Both the position numbers and the translations under genes were made by a program. 64,000 nt of DNA, taken from contig CAWGMQ010000010.1 of NCBI GenBank assembly GCA_963823665.1, positions 1,792,001 to 1,856,000 on the forward strand, given 5' to 3'. Shown here piece after piece: positions 25,057 through 34,521 of this stretch (position 1 is its first letter; each line of letters opens with the position of its first letter). Below the pieces are notes generated by a model, which made no database searches, had not been told where the DNA came from, and saw only the letters and a list, made by a program, of their open reading frames with translations. Origin of the DNA: an uncultured Planctomycetota bacterium. GTDB lineage: Bacteria; Planctomycetota; Planctomycetia; Isosphaerales; Isosphaeraceae.

Positions 25057-25085
25057 TGGCGCGCCCGTCCCGTGGATCTCGCATT
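25057..25085 (+). promoter_or_regulatory. Bipartite motif TGGCGC-N17-CGCATT
   Basis: Downstream of kinase 2 and upstream of the second sigma gene. A-tract upstream. Confidence 0.55.
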
Positions 25086-25225
25086 CAGTTACGGGGGGCG
25101 GCCGCGGGCACCGAATCTCCTTGAGCTCGACCGCGCAGGCCGGGACGCCACACCTCAAGGACGGGATGGCGTGCGGCTTCTTGTCCTGATCGATCTCCGT
25201 CGCCGCATGCAGTATGATGCCCGGC

Positions 25226-25790
25226 ATGAGTGAAGTGACCGAGCTCTTGAATCAGATCCAGCATGGCGATCCGCAAGCCGCTGCGGACTTGCTGCCCTTG
25301 GTCTATGCCGAATTGCGTCGGCTCGCCGCGGCGCGGTTGGCTCGTGAAAAGCCAGGACAGACACTGGATGCGACGGCCTTGGTGCACGAAGCGTACCTGC
25401 GCCTGGTGGGGCCGGCGGACGAGGAACGCTGGCAGAATTGCGGCCATTTCTTTGCCGCTGCGGCCGAAGCGATGCGCCGAATTCTCGTCGAGCTTGCCCG
25501 GCGAAAGAGTCGAAAGAAACGCGGGGGCGAACGTGCCCGCATGAAGCTGGATGACGTCGAGCCGGCTGCTGAGGCGCCTGGCGATGACTTGCTGGCCCTC
25601 GACGAAGCCTTGACCCGGCTTGCCGGTGCCGATCCGATCGCCGCGGAGCTCGGTGAAACTGCGCTATTTTGCCGGCATGACGATTCCTCAAGCTGCCGAC
25701 GCTCTGGGCATAGGGAAGCGGTCGGCCGACCGGATCTGGCTGTATGCCCGTGCCTGGCTGCGCAATGCGCTTTCTGACAGTCAGGAATGA
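25226..25790 (+). CDS. ECF sigma factor, TIGR02999/ECF43-like; frameshift at ~25652
   Basis: [49 protein letters not shown]. The shifted frame continues VKLRYFAGMT...RIWLYARAWLRNAL. Confidence 0.88.
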
Positions 25791-25805
25791 ACCAGCGGAT
25801 TTTCT

Positions 25806-25834
25806 TGGCGCAATTTCTGCGCCGTCGGCGCATG
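25806..25834 (+). promoter_or_regulatory. Bipartite motif TGGCGC-N17-CGCATG
   Basis: Lies between the sigma stop (25790) and the kinase start (25881). Confidence 0.55.
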
Positions 25835-25880
25835 TTGAATTGCGGTCGAAGCGGCGACCTCCAAGCGGGAGAAAACGCCA

Positions 25881-28445
25881 ATGGGCGAACGATCGATTTT
25901 CATCGCGGCGCTGGAAAAGGACGATGCCACCGAGCGGGCCGCCTATCTCGACCAGGCATGCGCCGGTGATGCGGCGATGCGCGTGCGGATCGAACGGTTG
26001 CTCAAGGCACACGAGCCGGCCGACAGTTTCCTCGAGCGCGGTCCCGCAGTCCTGGATGCGACCGACAACTTTGAGCCGATCGCGGAACAGACCGGCACGG
26101 TGATCGGCCCGTACAAGCTGATTGAGCCGATCGGCGAGGGGGGCATGGGCAGCGTCTGGATGGCCCAGCAGACCGAGCCGGTCAAGCGCCTGGTCGCCGT
26201 CAAGTTGATCAAGGCCGGCATGGACTCCCGCCAGGTCATCGCCCGCTTCGAGGCCGAGCGGCAGGCATTGGCCCTGATGGACCACCCGAACATCGCCCGC
26301 GTGCTCGACGGCGGCACCACCGGCGCTGGCCGGCCGTACTTCGTGATGGATCTCGTCAAGGGTGTGCCGATCACCCGCCACTGCGACGAGCACCACCTCA
26401 CGCCGCGGCAGCGGCTGGAACTGTTCATCCCGGTCTGCCAGGCTGTCCAGCACGCTCATCAGAAGGGCATCATCCATCGCGATATCAAGCCCTCCAACGT
26501 GCTGGTCGCCCTCTATGACAGCAATCCGGTGCCCAAGATCATCGACTTCGGCGTGGCGAAGGCGACCGGGCAACAGTTGACCGACAAGACTCTGGTCACC
26601 GGCTTCGGGGCGATTGTCGGCACGCTGGAATACATGTCGCCCGAGCAGGCCGAGGTCAACCAGCTCGACATCGACACCCGCAGTGACATCTACTCGCTGG
26701 GCGTGCTGCTCTACGAGCTGCTGGCCGGCAGCCCGCCTTTTTCCCGCAAGGAGCTGGAAAAGGCCGGCGTGCTGGAGATGCTGCGAGTGATCCGCGAGCA
26801 GGAGCCGTCGAAACCGAGCACGAAGCTGAGCACGGCGGATGGCTTGCCGACGCTCGCCGCCAACCGCGGGACTGAGCCGGCGAAGCTGACAAAGCTGGTG
26901 CGTGGCGAACTGGATTGGATCGTGATGAAGGCCCTGGAGAAGGACCGCAACCGCCGCTACGAGACCGCCAACGGCTTCGCGATGGACGCGCAGCGCTACC
27001 TGGCCGACGAGCCGGTGCAGGCGTGTCCGCCATCGGCGGCGTATCGGCTGCACAAGTTCGCAAGGCGGAACAAGGGGGCGCTGGCGGTGGTCGCCCTCGT
27101 GTTGTTCTTCGTTGTGCTCTTGGGGAGCGGCGTCGGCTGGGTGCTGTGGGATCGGTCGGCGCGGGAGGCGAAAGCGGCCAGACAGGAGGCGGAGCGGCAG
27201 GCGCAGTTGCGTGAGGCCGTGACGGGGGCGCTTGACAAGGTCGCGGACTTACGTCAGCGGGCGCGATGGGGCGAGGCTCAGGCGGTGCTCGAACAGGTGC
27301 GGCAGAGGTTGGGGTCCTCGGGTGCGAAGGACTTGCGGCGCCAGGTGGAGCAAGCGGAGGCCGATCTGGCGCTGGTGGACCGGCTGGACGCGGCGCGGCT
27401 GAAAGCGGCGGTGGTGGCGGTCAACCGGTTCGATACTGCCTCGGCGGCTCGCGATTACGCGGCGGCGTTTCGGGAAGCGGGTATCGGAGAGGAGACGGAA
27501 GCTGCGAACGTCGTGGCGGCTCGGATTCGATCGTCGGCAGTTCGAGAACAGTTAGTGGCGGCCGTGGACGATTGGGCCATCCGCGTGGGGAGAAAGGAAT
27601 CAGCGCTTCGGGCCTGGTTGTTGGCGGTGGCGCGGGCGGCGGATCCGGATCCGTGGCGCGATCGTTTTCGGGATGCGGCCCTATGGCAAGACGGCGCGGC
27701 CCTGGAACGTCTGGCTAGCGAGGGGAAGGTGAGCGAGCTGTCGTCGCAAATCATACACGCATTGAATCTGCTCTTGGTCGAGCACCACGCAGACCCGACG
27801 CCTTTGTTGAGGGCTGGGCAACGGCGTTATCCAAACGATTTCTGGTTGAACTTTAGTCTGGGTATGGAATTACAGAGTGCCAAGCGATGGGAGGACGCGA
27901 TCGGTTACTACCGAGCAGCGCTCGCGGTGCGTCCGGCAGCGAGCGCAGTGTACAACAACCTCGGCCTCGCCTTGTACGGCATAGGCCGTGTGGATGACGC
28001 CATCGCCGAGTACCAGAAGGCCATCGAGCTCGACCCAACGAATGCCAGGATCCACTCCAACCTCGGCAACGCCCTGGGAAAGAATGGCCATTTCGACGAG
28101 GACATCGCGGAGCAGCGGAAGGCGATCGAGCTCGACCCCAAGTCTGCCGCTTACCATAACAATCTCGGCAGCGCCCTGCGGGCCAAGGGCCGGGAAGACG
28201 AGGCCATCGTCGAGTACAAGAAGGCGATCGATCTCGACCCCAAGTATGCCAGCCCCCACTTTGGCCTGGGCAACACCCTGCTGGAGGGCAAGGGGCGTGT
28301 GGATGAGGCCATCGCCGAGCATCGGAAGGCCGTCGAGCTCGACCCCAATGATGCCTCTGCCCACTTCAACCTCGGCAACTCCCTGCGGGTCAAGGGCCAT
28401 GTGGACGAGGCCATCGCCGAGTGGAAGAAGGCCATCGAAAAATAA
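25881..28445 (+). CDS. Membrane Ser/Thr kinase with canonical 34-aa TPR repeats (possibly 3'-truncated)
   Basis: Intact 854-aa ORF. HRDIKPSN, DFG, SPE. TM ALAVVALVLFFVVLLGSGVGWVLW. Repeated AIAEYxKAIELDP. Confidence 0.92.
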   Translation: MGERSIFIAALEKDDATERAAYLDQACAGDAAMRVRIERLLKAHEPADSFLERGPAVLDATDNFEPIAEQTGTVIGPYKLIEPIGEGGMGSVWMAQQTEPVKRLVAVKLIKAGMDSRQVIARFEAERQALALMDHPNIARVLDGGTTGAGRPYFVMDLVKGVPITRHCDEHHLTPRQRLELFIPVCQAVQHAHQKGIIHRDIKPSNVLVALYDSNPVPKIIDFGVAKATGQQLTDKTLVTGFGAIVGTLEYMSPEQAEVNQLDIDTRSDIYSLGVLLYELLAGSPPFSRKELEKAGVLEMLRVIREQEPSKPSTKLSTADGLPTLAANRGTEPAKLTKLVRGELDWIVMKALEKDRNRRYETANGFAMDAQRYLADEPVQACPPSAAYRLHKFARRNKGALAVVALVLFFVVLLGSGVGWVLWDRSAREAKAARQEAERQAQLREAVTGALDKVADLRQRARWGEAQAVLEQVRQRLGSSGAKDLRRQVEQAEADLALVDRLDAARLKAAVVAVNRFDTASAARDYAAAFREAGIGEETEAANVVAARIRSSAVREQLVAAVDDWAIRVGRKESALRAWLLAVARAADPDPWRDRFRDAALWQDGAALERLASEGKVSELSSQIIHALNLLLVEHHADPTPLLRAGQRRYPNDFWLNFSLGMELQSAKRWEDAIGYYRAALAVRPAASAVYNNLGLALYGIGRVDDAIAEYQKAIELDPTNARIHSNLGNALGKNGHFDEDIAEQRKAIELDPKSAAYHNNLGSALRAKGREDEAIVEYKKAIDLDPKYASPHFGLGNTLLEGKGRVDEAIAEHRKAVELDPNDASAHFNLGNSLRVKGHVDEAIAEWKKAIEK

Positions 28446-28529
28446 GGCTCATTTCTCGCCCGTTGATTCGGTTTTTGGGCGCAGCGAGCAGCGAAGCCGT
28501 TCATCACCGAACTGACTACGTCCAAGGCA

Positions 28530-28616
28530 GAGCGGCCGGCAGGTTCATTACCGCCAAGCAAGCCCCCGCCGGCCAGGCACCGCTCCAGCGCTCGGTCTGC
28601 ACGCCGGGACGATGTC
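28530..28616 (-). ncRNA. Candidate antisense small RNA, copy 3
   Basis: TACAAT (plus 28623-28628), hairpin 28534-28574 with UUGGCG loop. G-to-A stem changes remain G.U pairs on the minus strand. Confidence 0.4.
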
Positions 28617-28659
28617 TATTTCATTGTATCGCAGACCAGCTTTCGAAAGGAGAAACATC

Positions 28660-28820
28660 ATGTTGTCCTCTTCCTGGCTGCGAAACGCGAAACGCTCCGG
28701 ACCCGTGACCCGTCGCACACAAACGTCCCCTCGCGGGCGGAGCAGCGTTCGCCCGCGACTGGAAGCGATCGAAGATCGCTGCCTGATGTCGACCGCCGTC
28801 GTGCAAACCAACCTCGTGAA
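28660..28820 (+). pseudogene. 5' remnant of a TIGR03118 gene
   Basis: MLSSSWLRN...RPRLEAIEDRCLMSTAVVQTNLV matches the 11676 gene, then similarity stops. Confidence 0.8.
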
Positions 28821-28941
28821 GGCCACGGCCGGTCCATTGTCGGAGCCGGGGACATCGAGAGTGCGCGCCCGCGTCCCGGAAAACGGACGACATCACATTA
28901 CACCGTATCGCAGGGCATTCCACTCGAGAGAGGAAACAGCA

Positions 28942-30633
28942 ATGGTAAGCCGTCACAGACTTCCAGTGCGGTTCGCATTCGCCTCCCGCGCCGTTCAGCA
29001 TCGCCGGCTCCGCCGCCGCCCGGTCCTGGAGGTCCTCGAGAGCCGCGCCCTACTATCGACGTTCACCGTCAACAGCTTGGGGAATTTGGGGAGCGGTTCT
29101 CTGGCGACTCGGGCGACCTGCCGTACTGCATCAACCAGGCCAACGCCGATAACCAGGCGAACTCGATCGTGTTCGATTCAACCCTGTTCAGCCCGCCGCA
29201 GACGATCAACAGCGGTCCGCTCGAGCTGGAAGACACCGATGGTACACAGACGATCACTGGGCCGGCCGCTGGGGTGACCATCGGCTTGAGCCCGACCGGC
29301 CTTCAGGTCGACCCTGGTGTGACCGACTGCACCATCAGCGGCAACTCCGGCGGCGGCGGCGTGTTCAATTCCGGCACGGTCAACCTGACCGCTTGCACCT
29401 TGAGCGGCAACTCCGACTCACTCACCAAGTACCCTGGGGGGCTGTACGACAGAGGCTCGGCCACGGCCGCCCTGACCGACACCATCGTCGCCGGCAACAC
29501 CAATCCTGGGGGTGCCAGCGACATCGGCGATCCCGTCAACGTTTCGGGCAGCCACAACCTGGTCGGGACCGGCGGCTCGGGGGGCTGGTGAATGGGGTCC
29601 ACGGCAACATCGTCTTGACCAGCCTCACCGACTTGGGCCTGGCCCCGCTGGGCAACAACGGCGGGCCGACCCAGACCATGGCCCTGCTCCAAGGCAGCCC
29701 GGCCATCGGCGCGGGTGTGATCGCCGACTACGCGGGCACCACGATCCCCAGACCAAGGTCTTTGGCCACGACGATCCCACCTTGACCGGCACCGCCGACC
29801 CGGTTTTGACCGACACCGTGACCGGCTTCGTCGACACCACGGTCGACGGAGTGGCGATCGACGACACGGCCGTGACGGCGCTCTCGGGCCATGGTGCGCG
29901 GACACCGGGGGAAACCGTATCCGGCGGCCCCTACGCGATCACGCAGGGCACGCTCGCGGCCGACGGCAACTACACGATCCAGTTCACCGGCAGCACGCTG
30001 ACAATCACCCCGGCGAAGCCCGTGGTGAGCGAGAGCGCCCCGGGCGGGACCTACACCGGCGCTCCGATCGCGGCCACGGCTACGCTGACAGGCGTCGGCA
30101 GCCCGGCGAACCCGGACCTGGAAGGCGTGACGCCGAGTCTGACGTATTACGCCGGTTCGGGCACCTCGGGCACGAATCTGGGCTCGATGGCCCCCGCCGC
30201 CGCCGGAACCTACACCGTCGTGGCCCGCTTCCCCGGCAGCGCCGATTACGCCCCGGCCCAGTCCAAGCCCACCACCTTCACGATCGCGCCGGCCAGGACG
30301 ACGATCGTCCTGGAGCCGCACCCGGTCCTCACGCGAAAGAACGTGCTGAAGGAGGTCGAGCTCACGGCGACAATCCAGCCGGCGGCACCCGGCGGCGGCG
30401 TGCCGACCGGCACGGTGACTTTCGAGTTCCTCACGAAGCGCCGGAACAAAGTCAAGGCGACGACGCTCGGCACCGCGGCCTTGAACGGCGGTGCGGCCAC
30501 GCTGACGTTCAAACCGAACAAGGTGCTGAACCAGTCGCTGACGGTCATCTACAGCGGCGATCCGAACTTCGTGGCCAGCATGATGAATCCGACCAAATTG
30601 ACCAAGTCCGAGGTCGCTAGCTCCAGGATTTGA
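28942..30633 (+). pseudogene. Internally deleted and frameshifted surface protein 3
   Basis: N-terminus like the 13253 gene ([23 protein letters not shown]). C-terminus like the gene ending at 7061 (KLTKSEVASSRI*). Most repeats are missing. Confidence 0.8.
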
Positions 30634-30655
30634 CGGAACGAGACCGGGATTAGCT

Positions 30656-30730
30656 GCCGAGAAGGACTGAGCATACGCGCGCGGCCGGCCGCGAGTGGTG
30701 ATCGACCGCATGTCCGGCTGCCGACCCTGA
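30656..30730 (+). pseudogene. 3' remnant of a TIGR02999-type ECF sigma gene
   Basis: AEKD*AYARGRPRVVIDRMSGCRP*. Single-base changes from WxYARxWLR (TGG to TGA, TGG to CGG, CTG to CCG). Confidence 0.65.
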
Positions 30731-30752
30731 TCGACCGGGAAGCAAAAAAACG

Positions 30753-30781
30753 TTACGGGTTGGCCCGCGGTTTCGCGCTTT
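30753..30781 (+). promoter_or_regulatory. Bipartite motif TTACGG-N17-CGCTTT
   Basis: Lies between the sigma remnant and the kinase remnant. A7 tract upstream. Confidence 0.5.
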
Positions 30782-30821
30782 GTGTTCTGGACGGGCTCCG
30801 CGGCCCGCCGCGGAGGCTCCC

Positions 30822-32727
30822 ATGACCGCATCACCACCCGACAACGAGGCGATCTTCCACGCCGCCCGCAACATCCCCGACCCAGACCGCCAGCGGAACT
30901 ATGTCCGGGAGGCATGCGGCGGGGACGAGGCCCGGATTGCCCACATCGAGGCGCTGCTGGCGGCCGCCGACAGCCCCGACAGCCTGCTGGACCGTCCAGT
31001 GGCGGCCGCTCCCGCGGCAACCATCGACGAGCCTTCACAGGGACGACGCCCTTGGAACAGAAACGGCTGCGCGAAGCAGGCCTGGCCGAGATGGTGCGGC
31101 TGATCAAGGAAGCGGAAGCGCCGCGGCCGAGCGTGCGGCTCAGCAGCTCGAACAACCTGCCGAAGATCGCGGCGGCGCGGAACACGGATCCAGGCCGGCT
31201 ATCGGGAATTGTCCGGGGCGAGCTCGACTGGATCGTGATGAAGTGCCTGGAGAAGGACCGCAAGCGCCGGTACGAAACCGCCAGCGGCCTGGCGCGGGAC
31301 ATCCAGAGATACCTCGCCGACGAGCCGGTGGAGGCCTGCCCGCCGAGCGCGGGCTACCGATTGAGCAAGGCGGCGCGCAAGTATCGCACGCCGCCGCGGG
31401 TGGCGGGCGCATTCCTGGTGCTCCTGGTGCTGGGAGTGATCGTGAGCGCCTGGCAGGCCATCCGCGCCACCGTGGCCGAGCGGGTGGCTGAGAACCGAAA
31501 GCGTGAGGCCGATGAGGCCAGGGGACAGGCCGAGAAGCGGCGGGACGAACTGGCTGTCGTCAACGAAAACCTCCGCCGTGCCAGTTACGTGGCCGACATG
31601 AATCTCGCGCGCGTCGCCTGGGATGAGAACAACCTGAGCCGCGCCCACGAGTTGCTGGAGAAACACCGGCCCCGGCCCGGCGAGACCGATTACCGCGGGT
31701 TCGAATGGCATTATCTTCGCCGCCTCTTTCATGGCGATCTGCTGACCGTCAAGGCGCATGTCGGCTCGGTCAGGACCGTCGCCTTCACGCCGGACGGCAA
31801 GCGGCTGGTCACTTCCGGGTTGAGCCGGCCACGGCAGAAGTATTCCAACCCGAGGTCCGGCGATGTGAAGTTCTGGGATGCGGCGACGGGCCAGCCGCTT
31901 CGCGTCCAGCTCAGTGGCCACGCCGACAACCTGGACAGAGCGGTCCTCAGTCCCGACGGTACCCATCTCGCCGCGACTCGTTGGGATCATACGCTCCTGG
32001 TCTGGGACCTGGCCACCGTCGACGCGTTTGACGTCCGGCCTGAGCCTTTCGTCAAGGTGTTGGATGCGGCGACGGGACACGAGGTCTTCTCTTGCCGATA
32101 CACTGAAGGGCCGGTTGTGCGGGACGTGGCCTTCAGCCCGGACGGCAAACGGCTGGCCGCCTGCGGGAATAAGGGGATTCGGATCTGGGGCGTGGCAAAC
32201 CGTGAAGCGCAGGCCACCTGGCCGTCCGAATCCCGGTTCATCGAATGCCTGGCCTTTAGCCCGGACGGCAAACGCCTGGCGGCAGGGGCGCCGAGGGGAT
32301 GATGGAGCTGTGGGACACCGTGACGGGTCAGAAGGTCCAGACCTTGAGAGGGCACCTCGGACCTGTGCGGACGCTTGCCTTCGGTCCGGACGGAAAGCGC
32401 CTGGCCATCGCGGGCCTTTTCGGTCAATTGCTGACCGGTGAGGTACGGATCCTGGACGCCGAGGACGCCCACGAGATCTGGTCGCTCAGGGGTCACACTC
32501 TCATTGTTGGCGACGCGGTCTTCAGCCCGGACGGGCTGCGCCTGGCTACCGCGAGCGGGGACCGGACGATCCGGATCTGGGACTTCGCCACCGGCCAGGA
32601 GATCCTCAAGCTGAGCGGCGACTCGACGGTCTACACAGTCCGGTTCGTAACGGGCGGCCGCCGATTGATCGGCGCATCGGCGGAAGGGACCATCCGGGTC
32701 TGGGACGCCACGCCGCTGCCGGAATAG
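30822..32727 (+). pseudogene. Ser/Thr kinase-WD40 remnant lacking nearly the whole catalytic core
   Basis: GGAGG RBS. N-terminal EAIFHAAR..YVREACGGD jumps at ~31030 to TGTTP..GELDWIVMKCLEKDRKRRY. No HRD or DFG. TM and WD40 repeats follow. Confidence 0.8.
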
Positions 32728-32793
32728 CAGCTCGTGGCCGGTGATGAGTTCGTTGGCAGCGCAGCCTCAGATTAAGGCGACGCCGCGGCTGCG

Positions 32794-32822
32794 GGACGCC
32801 GATTCATTCCGAAACGCGCATT
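32794..32822 (+). promoter_or_regulatory. Bipartite motif GGACGC-N17-CGCATT
   Basis: Same spacing. Downstream of the last kinase, at the edge of the array. Confidence 0.4.
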
Positions 32823-33066
32823 CGTCACAACCCTGAAATACATTAAATCCAAACGAAATAAAGACTTAGACCGATTTGGAGCCCGCCGGCATCTCGTTTG
32901 CTGGTGTCAGATCTTTCATGAATGCGTCGTTCTCGCGCAAGGCTGGCGTTAATCTCATGGACGAAGGAAGGGGTAATTCGATGCGACCCGGACCGATATG
33001 CGACATCGCGCCTTACTGGTCACTTCCTTTGATCTCCAGCACGGCGCGTGGGCCGAGACGGCAGGC

Positions 33067-33094
33067 TTGACGGACTCTGCCCGTCGATTACGAT
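33067..33094 (+). promoter_or_regulatory. Possible sigma70 promoter TTGACG-N16-TACGAT
   Basis: Near-consensus boxes ~90 nt upstream of the amrB start. Confidence 0.35.
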
Positions 33095-33181
33095 GTAATG
33101 TAACGGCTATCTGGTTCTCGTCGACAGCGAACGGGGTGAACATCCCGGGCCGGTGTGCACACCACGGACTGGATCCCGGGA

Positions 33182-34482
33182 ATGTCGTCTCTCGAGCGAC
33201 CCAAACTGCGGCCGGTGAATGCTCGCAAGGTCGAGCAGCAAGGGCAGTCGTTCGTGGTGCTGCAGGACCTGACCGGCGCGATTGCTCAGCCGGTTCTGAT
33301 TCCGATCGACGGTTTCAACCATATTATTCGCCAGTTCGACGGCCAGTCGACGCTCGTCGAGATTCAGGGGCGGGTGCTGAGGTCGACCGGGCTTTTCCTG
33401 GCGCTTAACGAGCTGCAAAGCCTGGTCAGCCGCCTGGACGCGGCCATGCTCATCGAGGGGCCGACGTTCGAGGCGTTTCACAAGTCTTTTCGCGAATCCG
33501 GGCGCCGGCCGGCCGCGATGGCTGGCCGATCGTATGCGGCAACTGCCCGGGCCTTGAGCGCCCAGCTCGAGCAGTTCTTTGTCGATTCAAACGGCGCCGG
33601 GCTTCCCGCTGCGCAGGCCGACGGCCATGCCGGGGCAACCGAGCTGCGAGCCGTGCTCTCGCCGCACATCGATTTTCAGCGCGGGGGGTCGGTCTACACC
33701 TGGGCTTATCGTGAGCTTATTGAAAAATCAAACGCGGACACGTTCGTGATCCTGGGTGTCGCCCACCAGTACTGCCGGCGGCGATTTGCCCTGACTTGCA
33801 AGGACTTCGAGACGCCGCTGGGTGTTGTTCCGACCGACCGGGCGTACGTCGACCGCATCGCCTCGCTGGCCGGCCGCGACCTGTTCGACGACGAGCTTTC
33901 GCACCGCACCGAGCATTCGATCGAGTTTCAGGTCGTCTTCCTTCAATATGTGCTCGGAGGGCGCCGCGAGTTCTCGATCGTGCCGATTCTGGTGGGCTCC
34001 TTTCACGACCTGATGGAGAAAGGCGTCGATCCCATCGCTGACGCCGACGTGAGCCGATTCGTGCAGGCACTTCGCGTCGCCGAGGCGGCCAGCGAAAAGA
34101 AAGTGGCGTATATCGGCGGGATCGACCTCTGCCATGTCGGGCCCGAGTTTGGCGATCGCGCCCGGTTGAGCCGTGGCTTCAAGAGCAGGTTCGTCAATTT
34201 GACTCGGCAATGCTTGATCGGGCGGCTGCGTGCGACCCGGGGGGCTGGTTCCGCACGGCCGCGAGCATCGGCAATCAACTGCGGGTGTGCGGTCTCGCTG
34301 CCACCTACACGATGCTGCACGCGATCGGTCCGGTCCAGGGCCGGCTGCTCAACTACAAACAGGCGATCGACGATCGCCGCACGTGCTGCGTGAGCTTCGC
34401 GAGTATGGCGTTCCACACGGCTGCTCCCGATTCACCTCCTCCGACCCTGGCCGCACCAGCAAATGTCGCAACCGAGCATTAG
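33182..34482 (+). CDS. amrB: AmmeMemoRadiSam system protein B (MEMO1 family); frameshifted at ~34155-34200
   Basis: RPAAMAGRSY, SPHIDFQRGG, ILGVAH, FETPLG, HRTEHSIEFQ, DLCHVGPEFGD, RVCGL, VSFAS. Confidence 0.85.
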
Positions 34483-34521
34483 CGAGATCCCCCCCTCAGC
34501 CACTGAACCCGAGCGCCGGCC

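Noticed and set aside
30668..30670. TGA at a Trp position as genetic-code reassignment
   Set aside because: It sits in a decayed remnant with other substitutions, and TGA terminates many intact genes here.
32825..32880. AT-rich patch as an attachment site of an island
   Set aside because: No tRNA, integrase or matching direct repeat is visible in the window.
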